64,000 nucleotides of DNA from a virus (lineage: Duplodnaviria; Caudoviricetes), in IMG/VR virus record IMGVR_UViG_3300029288_000002, positions 64,001-128,000 of that record; one strand, 5' to 3'. Positions 54,528 to 63,087 of this stretch are shown in pieces. The notes under the pieces are model-generated. The model was given only the letters and a program-made list of their open reading frames with translations, searched no databases and was not told the origin of the DNA. Made by a program: the position numbers and the translations under genes. Within the stretch, counting starts at the first letter, position 1, and the number at the start of each line of letters is the position of its first letter.

Positions 54528-54590
54528 CTTATCAGCAATAGAATATAGATATGCGGCTTGTACGGTAATCTCTATTGCTGATATTATAAT

Positions 54591-54663
54591 GCCTTATTAG
54601 CTCATTCAGTAGAGCAACGCCCTTTTAAGGCGGAGGCGGTTGGGGCAGAGCCAATATAAGGCA
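54591..54663 (+). tRNA. trnK: tRNA-Lys (TTT)
   Basis: Acceptor GCCTTAT/ATAAGGC; D stem GCTC/GAGC; anticodon loop CTTTTAA; atypical T loop GGCAGAG. Confidence 0.8.
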
Positions 54664-54665
54664 CT

Positions 54666-54760
54666 GCCAGTTTAAATATATCTATTGTTTAGCCGACAGT
54701 CTGCTCTCGATAGTTCGCTACGCCTAAGCATATACAATAGATTAATCGAATTAAACTGGT
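54666..54760 (+). ncRNA. Rod-like hairpin RNA between tRNAs
   Basis: CCAGTTTAA/TTAAACTGG and ATCTATTGT/ACAATAGAT nested stems. Confidence 0.45.
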
Positions 54761-54826
54761 AAACATTATAACTCGGCGGCATTGGTAGTCATTATTAGAC
54801 TATAACATTGCAGCATACCGCCAAAT

Positions 54827-54912
54827 GGAGAGTTGGCAGAGTTCGGTTGAATGCACTCGTTTGCTAAACGAGACCCCGAAAGGGGTCACAGGTTCAAATC
54901 CTGTACTCTCCG
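54827..54912 (+). tRNA. trnS: tRNA-Ser (GCT)
   Basis: GGAGAGT/ACTCTCC acceptor; CTCGT-TTGCTAA-ACGAG; long variable arm ACCCC-GAAA-GGGGT; GGTTCAAATCC. Confidence 0.95.
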
Positions 54913-54961
54913 CTAAAAAGCAATATGACAATATTGCATATTATCACAAGGAGAATTTCAA

Positions 54962-55600
54962 ATGTCAAAACTCAATATTAGTGTTGCTGAGGGTTTAGCC
55001 CTATTGAAAAAGTATGATGATCGTATCGAAAAGGCACGCCAAAAAGGTTTGCTTGGTACGGTAAAGGTAGATCAGACTGTTGCCAATGGAAAGCCTATTT
55101 CCGAAATGATTGATGAAATGAAGGCTAATTTTCAATCGTTGAATCATTTGTTTAGCAATAAGAAAGCTGTAAAAGATGCACTTACGAAAAGTAACGGCGA
55201 AACGGTTGTTACTATTGCTGGCGAAGAGTTAACTGTTGCAGAGGCTATTGAACGTAAGAAATGGATTGCTTCACGTAAGGAGTTTTTGAATCTTATGGCT
55301 CTCACCTATAATTCTCTCAATAATACTGTTACTTCAACTAACAATAAGGTTGATGAAGGGTTTGATAGCTACTTGACTACTGTTCCTGGTGCAAAGGAAA
55401 AGACGGTATCACAAGAAACCATTGATATGTACCGCGTAGCTTATCAAAAGAGCAAGTATATCAAATTGGTTGATCCAAACAACATTGGTAAGGTGATTGA
55501 ACAGTGGAATAAGGAAGTTGAAGATTTTGAAACCACTGTAGATTTCACATTGTCGCGCAGTAATGCTTTGACAATGATTGATGTTGAGTTAGAAGATTAA
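54962..55600 (+). CDS. Helical coiled-coil protein resembling the DIP1984-like ('septicolysin'-annotated) family
   Basis: VAEGLALLK..DDRI, SN..T.VTIAGEELTVAEAIERK, DFTLSRSNALTMI motifs. Confidence 0.7.
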   Translation: MSKLNISVAEGLALLKKYDDRIEKARQKGLLGTVKVDQTVANGKPISEMIDEMKANFQSLNHLFSNKKAVKDALTKSNGETVVTIAGEELTVAEAIERKKWIASRKEFLNLMALTYNSLNNTVTSTNNKVDEGFDSYLTTVPGAKEKTVSQETIDMYRVAYQKSKYIKLVDPNNIGKVIEQWNKEVEDFETTVDFTLSRSNALTMIDVELED

Positions 55601-55611
55601 TAAAAGTTATA

Positions 55612-56035
55612 CTGTAGGAATTACAGAATTTTAAGCCTGTGGAGATTGTGTAAGACTCTTCGGAGCAACTGTCTATGAAACAGGAAGTTACTAAGGTAAC
55701 AATTCAAGACTAAATAAGTAACATTGTGGTTATTTGAAAATATAAACACTTGACCCTTTGGCGATGAGGGTTATCATCGCCACTAATTTGATTATATCAA
55801 ATAACTGATTGAACTTGAAATTCAATCCCTTCTTTGGCTGCATTGCCAATGTGTGCGGAAACCGTACAAAAAAGTCAAAGATCAAAGGTTAAAGATTAAA
55901 AATCAAAGTTTAAAGTTTAAATTGTTAAAGATTACTTATTACAGTTTACGGTTTATAGTTAATACAAATCTTTGAACAACGGTTAAGGTACTTCAAGTAT
56001 GACCGCAGATTCCCGCAAAGCTGAATAATCACAAC
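55612..56035 (+). ncRNA. Large structured ncRNA candidate with 12 x 7-nt repeat tract
   Basis: At least 8 local hairpins (UUCG and GAAA loops), two long-range pairings, no ORF, ends at a terminator. Confidence 0.7.
55874..55958 (+). repeat. Tandem degenerate heptamers, consensus (G/A/T)TYAAAG
   Basis: GTCAAAG ATCAAAG GTTAAAG ATTAAAA ATCAAAG TTTAAAG TTTAAAT (T)GTTAAAG ATTACTT ATTACAG TTTACGG TTTATAG. Confidence 0.8.
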
Positions 56036-56037
56036 CA

Positions 56038-56065
56038 AGAACCTGAGTAAAATCAGGTTCTTTTT
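56038..56065 (+). terminator. Intrinsic terminator
   Basis: AGAACCTGA-GTAAAA-TCAGGTTCT-TTTT. Confidence 0.85.
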
Positions 56066-56148
56066 ATTTTGCCTATTGACAAATCGGCAATAGTATGCTA
56101 AACTACACATATCGAATAAATAGTAGTTATTTCTATAAGGAGACAGAA

Positions 56149-56658
56149 ATGGCTAAATCGAGTAGTGTTCTCAATATTTTTGGAGCTTTGCTCACAGTGG
56201 TTGTCTTGTATTTTCTCTTTTGTATCTTCCAAAGTTTTGCAGAAGGATTGAAAGATAGTGGTTATTTTGATAATCTTGAAGCACAAGCTCAGTCATCACA
56301 ATCACTTGAAAACATTACTATTACTTTGGATAATAATCCTGTTACGGTAAATGGTACACATGCTGCGGATCGAGGGCATACTGAAGCAGATGCTATTCGT
56401 GATGCGTGTGGCATGTCAGGACAAAACGCTTTTCAATTTTACATTGAGCCAGACAATGTCACACTGCATATGCTTTGTGTTTATATGGATGGCGGGAATC
56501 GTATGATTGGAGATTGGATTGTCAAACTTGTCAAAGATGGGGAAATCTATCAAAAAATTGAGAAAACTGTTTTTAAGCCTATGGATGGTACACAGACAAA
56601 AATAGTAGAATGGCTTTTGCGCAAAAACGCAGTTAGAATCAATCCGATTTTCAAATAG
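56149..56658 (+). CDS. Membrane-anchored extracytoplasmic protein
   Basis: N-terminal TM; HAADRGH motif; own promoter. Confidence 0.75.
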   Translation: MAKSSSVLNIFGALLTVVVLYFLFCIFQSFAEGLKDSGYFDNLEAQAQSSQSLENITITLDNNPVTVNGTHAADRGHTEADAIRDACGMSGQNAFQFYIEPDNVTLHMLCVYMDGGNRMIGDWIVKLVKDGEIYQKIEKTVFKPMDGTQTKIVEWLLRKNAVRINPIFK

Positions 56659-56678
56659 ATTATTACAAAGGAGATATT

Positions 56679-59374
56679 ATGTGTAATTCAGATGAACAAT
56701 TCCTTATGAAGTTACAACAGGTTGCTAACGGTGAGCGTTTGGGCAATTTGGATTACAATGGCTACGATTTAGTATTACGTGTGGCATCTGCACTAATGAA
56801 TACTAAGCAATCAGAATACCCACAGGGAGACGATTCTGCTATTGTTGCACTGATGAGTGCAATAGAAACACTATATCCAGAATTGTATAATAAGGCTTAT
56901 AATGGATGGTTGCGGGCTTTTCATAATGGTAATCGTTTACTATTACATGCAAACTGGAATGAGGAAATTAAGTGGTATCAAGAATTATTGCGTAGTGATG
57001 CTTCGTGGTATAATATCAAATGCTGATTTTATGAATGAAAAAGGAGAAGGAGTCGAGTATGAAAATTGTACAGAAAACTCCAGATTGGATTGGAGCTAAA
57101 GGGGTGTGTGGTTTTTGTAATTGCGAAGTTGAATTAGAAGAGTGTGACGGGCTTCCTATTAGTAAAGAAAATCCTTTATATAAATTAGGTGATTATTGGG
57201 TTGGGCAAGAACTACTGAAAATAAAACTAAGTGATTACAGGTCTCCAATTATTCAAACCATCCAACAAACACCATTTGTTATATTTTGTCCAAATTGCAA
57301 TTACAATATGATTGTGTTGGCTAATCATAAAGTGCAATTAGCTTTATCGTTATCTAATGACAGTGTTAGTATCATTCGTATTTAATAAAAATTATTCCTA
57401 TTTTCTATAATGGATTAATTGACTCTGTTAGTTATGAAAGGATATAATATGAACTCTGATATTTTAGAATTCTTACAAAAAGAAGCAGATAGTGATACGA
57501 GTGGTAATATTACAACATTACTCATTGATAATATTATTCGCCAAGATTTACATTATATTTGGAAAGAAGGTAACGAATATATTTGTGTAAGTATTATGTG
57601 TGACCGTTATTTTCAATATACTTTGAAAGAATGGTTGGAAGATGATAGTTGCATTGATATGGATAGGGTAGTAGAAGTTTATCCTATTAATTATATTGCT
57701 ACAAAATATATTCCTAAAAATCCAATTGTGCATTCGCCAAAACTCAGGATATTTAAATATTACGATTTGCTTTATGGTGATGTTCCATATGAAATAAATC
57801 AGTTTGCATATGAATGCTTGGGTACATTTGCTAACAGGGGTGTAAATAAATATGTAGTTGGAGATACTACTATTTTAGACAAATACCTTGTTGAAAATGG
57901 GGCATTTGTGGGTGAAGAAGTACTGCTTGAAATTGATTGGAAATTTTAAACTAATAAAGGGAATAATATGACAACTTATGATTTAGTCAAAGTATTTAAT
58001 GTACACGATTTTCCAGAAAATCTACAGAATGATATTGCCTCGCTGCCATTTGATTCTGGTTATAATGTTTGGTGGTATGACCAGAGGGCTAATAGATACG
58101 CAAATGTTAGATTATCTGCATATTTATTGGGGCATGGTGTGTCTAAAGAAGATGAATATGTTCTATTGTTTTACTAATTATAATTGAGCGAATGAACCCG
58201 CGATATAACAATTATCGGTTATATCTAATTTACAACGAAATTGCCACTTGACTAATTTCTGGTTATAGAGTATACTCATATTATGAAAAACAAGAAACAA
58301 ACACATCGTATTCAAGGAGACATTCCTAATCGTGATAAAGATAAGAATAAGACTCTTCTGCGCAAACAACAGCGCAAAGAGAAAGAGAGTATGAGGACTG
58401 AAAAAGCATGAAGAAGAAAGAATGCGAATTAATGGTAAAAGAGTTATTAGAATACGTATTCTTTAGAGCATTGAGTTATACTAAAGAAGAAATGATGATT
58501 ATGTCAGATGTTGACAAGCTCTCATTTAACAAAGTTGATTATGCTTTTTATGTTCATCAACGACTACCAGAGTTAGAGAGAATCTGGGCAATTTTGAACA
58601 AATATTGCCCTCCAGATCGAGGTAAGTTGTCAACAGTTGTTAAATTAGCTATTGAAAAAGGATGGTAATATGGACGAATATCAGGATATTAGCACCTTTC
58701 ATGGAAAACACGGCTTGTATATGATTATTGATGATGATAATCAAGAATATGCAGCCTGGTATAAAGATGGCGAATGGAAAGTTAATATCAAGACTGCTTA
58801 TTATGGAAAATATTGTCACAATCCTATTATGTGGAAAGATTACAAATACGAAGGAGTTTACTAACTATGACTGACGAAACCTTAGCAGCAATCAAGCATC
58901 AGATTATTCAATGCGCATATAATTCTTTGGCTTATACAGCATGGGAAAAGCCGACAGACATCCCTGCTTATCGTGATTGTATGCGTATGTGGAAACTGTG
59001 TATGGGAGAAAATCCCGACCGCAAGAGAGATACCCTTTGGTATTTTGTGAAGAATAAGTTTGCAATTATTGACGAAAACGGAGAGGTGGTTAAATAGTAT
59101 GTACAACTGGTTGCCAAAGGATGAACGTAATAGACTCTTACGCAAAGATGCAAGTGAAGCAATTGCATGGATTAGAGATTATATTGTTTCACGTGACAGA
59201 TGTGAATCGGATTTTTCAAACTGTCTTACTAAAAATGTACAAGCAATGAAATACAACGATAGATTTAATTGTCTTGCCATTGTTGAATGTTTAGAACAGA
59301 TTCCTTTTCGTTCAGAAGAATGTGATAGGCGACTTGCTATAGCTAAATCTGCTATTTTAGACACGGAGGAGTAA
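56679..59374 (+). other. Block of small hypothetical CDS (56679, 57059, 57449, 57968, 58408, 58670, 58867, 59099)
   Basis: RBS-led contiguous ORFs; 57449 and 57968 share an L..YL...G....VLL tail with 44005. Confidence 0.7.
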
Positions 59375-59934
59375 TGAATAAATCTGAAACAAAACATATT
59401 CGAGAGTTTGTATCTTTGAAATGTGCCGGTCAAATGCTAAACTTAGGGCTATTCCCTAATTCAGCAGCTAAAGAGATTACCGAGACTGTTGGCATGTTTA
59501 GGGCAGTCGTAGATCATTTATTAGATGATACTATCACTCTAAAGAACCCTGATATTCAATTGATTGTGGTAGGTGATGGTAATACTCCTCGTACAGCAGC
59601 GATGTTTGCATTACGCTCTGGTTGGAATTGCCATAGTATTGATCCAATTTTAAATATAAATAAAGATTGGAGTAGTATTAAACGGTTACTTATTCATTCT
59701 CTAAAAATTGAACAATGCAATTTGCGTTTTGGTGATTATCCTACTGTTATTGTTTTGCCTCATAGTCATGCTAAAATTAGCGATGTATTAGAGCATATTG
59801 CTGCCAAAACTCGTCACATTGTATCAATGCCCTGTTGTGTGCCACACGATATTCCCAACAAAGAATATATTGGGTATGTGGATACAGCAGTGTGGAGCGA
59901 AAAGAATACTATCAAGATTTGGAAGAATGTATAA
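59374..59934 (+). CDS. Putative class I SAM-dependent methyltransferase-like protein
   Basis: IVVGDG.TPRTA, SIDP, HSHA, VSMPCC pattern. Confidence 0.6.
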   Translation: MNKSETKHIREFVSLKCAGQMLNLGLFPNSAAKEITETVGMFRAVVDHLLDDTITLKNPDIQLIVVGDGNTPRTAAMFALRSGWNCHSIDPILNINKDWSSIKRLLIHSLKIEQCNLRFGDYPTVIVLPHSHAKISDVLEHIAAKTRHIVSMPCCVPHDIPNKEYIGYVDTAVWSEKNTIKIWKNV

Positions 59935-60469
59935 TATGGTTAAAACCTTTTTAATTGAAACAACGGATGTTACATTTTTAGATGAAAACAACAATGTTAT
60001 AACTATAAAAAAGTATCCTGTATTTACAGACGAATTCGGCAAATATATTGAAATCTCTTTTTTCGATACTAGAAAACAAAAATATTATTTGGACTGTGCT
60101 GAAACAGATGAGGGGTAAAGGAATTAAACAATGTTTTGGAAAAAGAATAAACCAATGACTGAAACTGGCAAACAGATTTTGAATTTGAAGATATTAAACG
60201 CATTACTGGTTGCGAAGTTAGAATTAACAAGATACTCAGCTAATTCAAACCCTTTTAGTAACGAGACTCGTCTTTTAGGAGAACTTTCTTACGCTATTCA
60301 AGTTGTCAAAGGGGGTTATTATTTGAATATAAGTAATACTAAAGGAACGTTATCCTCTTTAGCTAAACAATTAGACGCTGTTGGTTTTCCAGCCATTGCC
60401 GAATCTTTAAGGTCGTTATTTTGGGATTCATAAACTTTGTTTTATATCAAATAAAAATGAGGAATTATA

Positions 60470-61152
60470 TTGCTAACTACTACATTAAATATAGACAATA
60501 TGACATTTGAAACAATTGAGAAGTTTGATATAATCTATTGTGATTATATCTATGAAAATCTTGACTTTACTTGGGCAAAGAAATACTTTCAATTTCTAAA
60601 ACCAAATGGGGGATATTTATTGCTCAAACTGATTGGCACTCTGTATCTGAATTTGATGTGTACATGAAAAAAGAAGTGAATGCCACTTTCATAAATCATC
60701 TTGTGTGGAAATGCGAATGGGGAAACCATTCCCGCAATCGTTTTCATCAATGTTACGATGACATTCTTATATACTCTAATAGTAATAATTGGCAGTTTTA
60801 TCCTGAAAAGATTCAAGTGCCTAAAGTTACTGTTACTAAAGGGATGAATCCGAGTGGTAGAATGACTAAACAAAGAACTGCATGGATAGATGATTGCACT
60901 CTTACTACAACTGCTACTGAACGAGTCAAATTGGAAGACGGTCATTTGATTCGTTGGCAAAAACCACAAAAGCTATATGATGCAATTATATCGCCCTGGT
61001 TTGATAAGACTGCAAATATTCTTGATCCTTTTGCCGGTAGTTTCTCACTTGGAGTATGGTGTAATCATAACAATTGTGACTATACAGGAATTGAACAAGA
61101 CACTGATGTATTTGAAATTGGGAAGAAAAATATTGAAACTACTAAAAATTAA
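60470..61152 (+). pseudogene. N4/N6 DNA methyltransferase (beta-type order), frameshift at G5 run 60608-60612
   Basis: FDIIYCDYIY..LKPNG in one frame; IFIA..DDILIYS..WQKP..ILDPFAGS..GIE in the next. Confidence 0.75.
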
Positions 61153-61213
61153 TTACAAATAAGCAATAATATTACAAAGCAAAAGGTGCTTTATAAATAG
61201 GAATGGTTTAGTT

Positions 61214-61942
61214 ATGCAATATATGGGTAGCAAAAATCGTTATGCTAAATACTTGTTGCCGATTCTGTAACAGAATCGGCAATTTGGTCAGTGGTATGTA
61301 GAGCCGTTTGTTGGTGGTGCAAATATGATAGATAAAGTTACTGGTAACAGAATTGGTGTGGATAATAACAAATACCTTATAGCATTACTCAAAGCAGTAC
61401 AACAAGGGTGGATACCACCAAGCAACATTAGCAGAGAAGAATACAACAAAGTTAAAGATAACCCAGACTCTTATGAAGATTATTATGTTGGTTTTGTGGG
61501 ATTTTGTTGCTCTTATGCTGTAAAGTGGTTTGGCGGTTATGCTAATAGCGTAACAAAAGCGGGTAGAATTAGAAATTATTGTTTTGAAAATAAAGAAAAT
61601 TTGTTAGCACAAGCACCAAAGCTAAAAGATGTAGATTTTAGGTGTTGTTCATATGATCAATTAGACATTCCTAAGCAAAGCATTATCTATTGTGAATATG
61701 CAAATAGCACTAAATATGTATCTGCCTTTGATCACATTTCATTTTGGCGGTGGTGTAGAGAGAAGTGTGCAGAAGGTCATGCGCTTTATGTATCAGAATA
61801 CTCCGCGCCAGAAGACTTCGTTTGCACATGGTCTAAACAGGTGATTGTAGGGTTAGATGTGACTACAACTACAAAGCGGATTGAGCGGCTGTTTGTACAC
61901 GAAAGTCAGTTAAATTTGCATCTTGACAATCGCTTGTTTTAG
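61214..61942 (+). pseudogene. dam: Dam-family (D12) adenine methyltransferase with in-frame TAA and missing DPPY
   Basis: MQYMGSKNR..., TAA at 61268, YVEPFVGGAN, IIYCEY in place of IIYCDPPY, YVSEY. Confidence 0.85.
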
Positions 61943-61980
61943 TGTATAATGAAAGTATAAGATTAGCTAAAGGAGAAGAT

Positions 61981-62463
61981 ATGGGTGAAATCAGAATCAT
62001 TTTTGGTGAAAATGAAGTTCCGAGCAATGAAGAGTTAATTAAATGGGGAGATTTGGGAATTGCTTGGGTAATGGAATTTACCTTAAAGAAGAATGGGAAT
62101 AAGGCATTAATTGAATTTGAGGAATGTTCTCGCAGTTTCATTGACCAGTGTTTTGAGTTATTTATGCCATTTCACGATTCTAAAGTGTGGGCTTTTGCTT
62201 TGGATAATGATGATGATTGCGCAATGCTACAAAAGTATTTGCGAAACGGCGAAGCGGAATATATGAGCATGGAGTCTAAGTCTGTTTGGACAAGACCATA
62301 CAACAAAGAGTATGGTGATGCTTTTCTAAAATATATTGGATTTCCTGAAAACTTCTTTGATTTATTCAAAGAAGAAGCGTTTGAAAAGGACATGGTTTAT
62401 TTAGTAGATCATCGTAATGAAACGCTTATAGCAGAATATGAAAAGAGTCTTCTATGCCAATGA
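61981..62463 (+). CDS. Acidic hypothetical protein, partner of downstream nuclease
   Basis: Promoter TTGACA(61923)-N16-TATAAT, RBS AAGGAG; overlaps 62454. Confidence 0.75.
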   Translation: MGEIRIIFGENEVPSNEELIKWGDLGIAWVMEFTLKKNGNKALIEFEECSRSFIDQCFELFMPFHDSKVWAFALDNDDDCAMLQKYLRNGEAEYMSMESKSVWTRPYNKEYGDAFLKYIGFPENFFDLFKEEAFEKDMVYLVDHRNETLIAEYEKSLLCQ

Positions 62464-62978
62464 GAGGTAGCGAATTTAGTATTTTTAATTTATTGTCTAA
62501 GTTTAATAAAAAGACACCCGAATACAAATGGGAATACTTTGAGGTTTTTGGCGAAGATGGAAAAACAACAACATATCAATCAAAGTTATACCCTCCTCCC
62601 GCTTTTAGAGCAGCATATCCTGATTTTGAAAAGTATAAAATGCCAGAACACAGTTTGGTTTTGTTGGTAGAAGTAAAAGATCAAACAGATTACTATGAAA
62701 ACTGTGAAGGTATGCTTGCAATGAAAAGATGCCAATTTAACCAATATTTTACAGTTCAAGACCAAGAAAAGGTAAAAGTTAGAGTTGTATTTGCTTTGAA
62801 TATTACTGGCAGTCATTGGCATACAGAATACTATTGGGAAACATTAGATAATCTAAAACGCCTCCCTCATATTGACCAAATTTATGAAGGTTGGAGTTAT
62901 GGTAAAAAGAAAACAGAAACTTATTGTTTTTGGAATGTTTGTGACCTTCGTAGTGATGTCGAAAACTTGGGAATTTGA
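62454..62978 (+). CDS. PD-(D/E)xK nuclease-like protein, family B
   Basis: YPDFE...LVEVKD...QY..VQ..E..VRVVF..YWETLDNL. Confidence 0.75.
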   Translation: MPMRGSEFSIFNLLSKFNKKTPEYKWEYFEVFGEDGKTTTYQSKLYPPPAFRAAYPDFEKYKMPEHSLVLLVEVKDQTDYYENCEGMLAMKRCQFNQYFTVQDQEKVKVRVVFALNITGSHWHTEYYWETLDNLKRLPHIDQIYEGWSYGKKKTETYCFWNVCDLRSDVENLGI

Positions 62979-63087
62979 ATTGCTATAAAAGCCGCGTTTT
63001 AGCAACGGAAATGCAATGTTAATCTCTTGCAATTTCGATTATTGTGATGTATACTAATTAAAACAGACTGAAAAGGAGATATTGAAT

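Noticed and set aside
54962-55600. Cytolysin/toxin ('septicolysin') function
   Set aside because: No signal peptide or cholesterol-dependent cytolysin undecapeptide; the protein looks helical, so that label is treated as a propagated misannotation.
38958-60612. Programmed ribosomal frameshifting at 38960, 50605 and 60610
   Set aside because: All lie in short homopolymer or dinucleotide runs with no evident stimulatory structure. Assembly indels or decay are equally likely (a damaged start near 27106 points the same way); reads are needed.
61268-61270. Stop-codon reassignment in this genome
   Set aside because: TAA, TAG and TGA all end well-formed genes throughout; this stop is an isolated lesion.
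3307-62822. Most minus-strand ORFs in the track
   Set aside because: Antisense shadows of RBS-led plus-strand genes; only 4101-4316 has its own RBS and free space.
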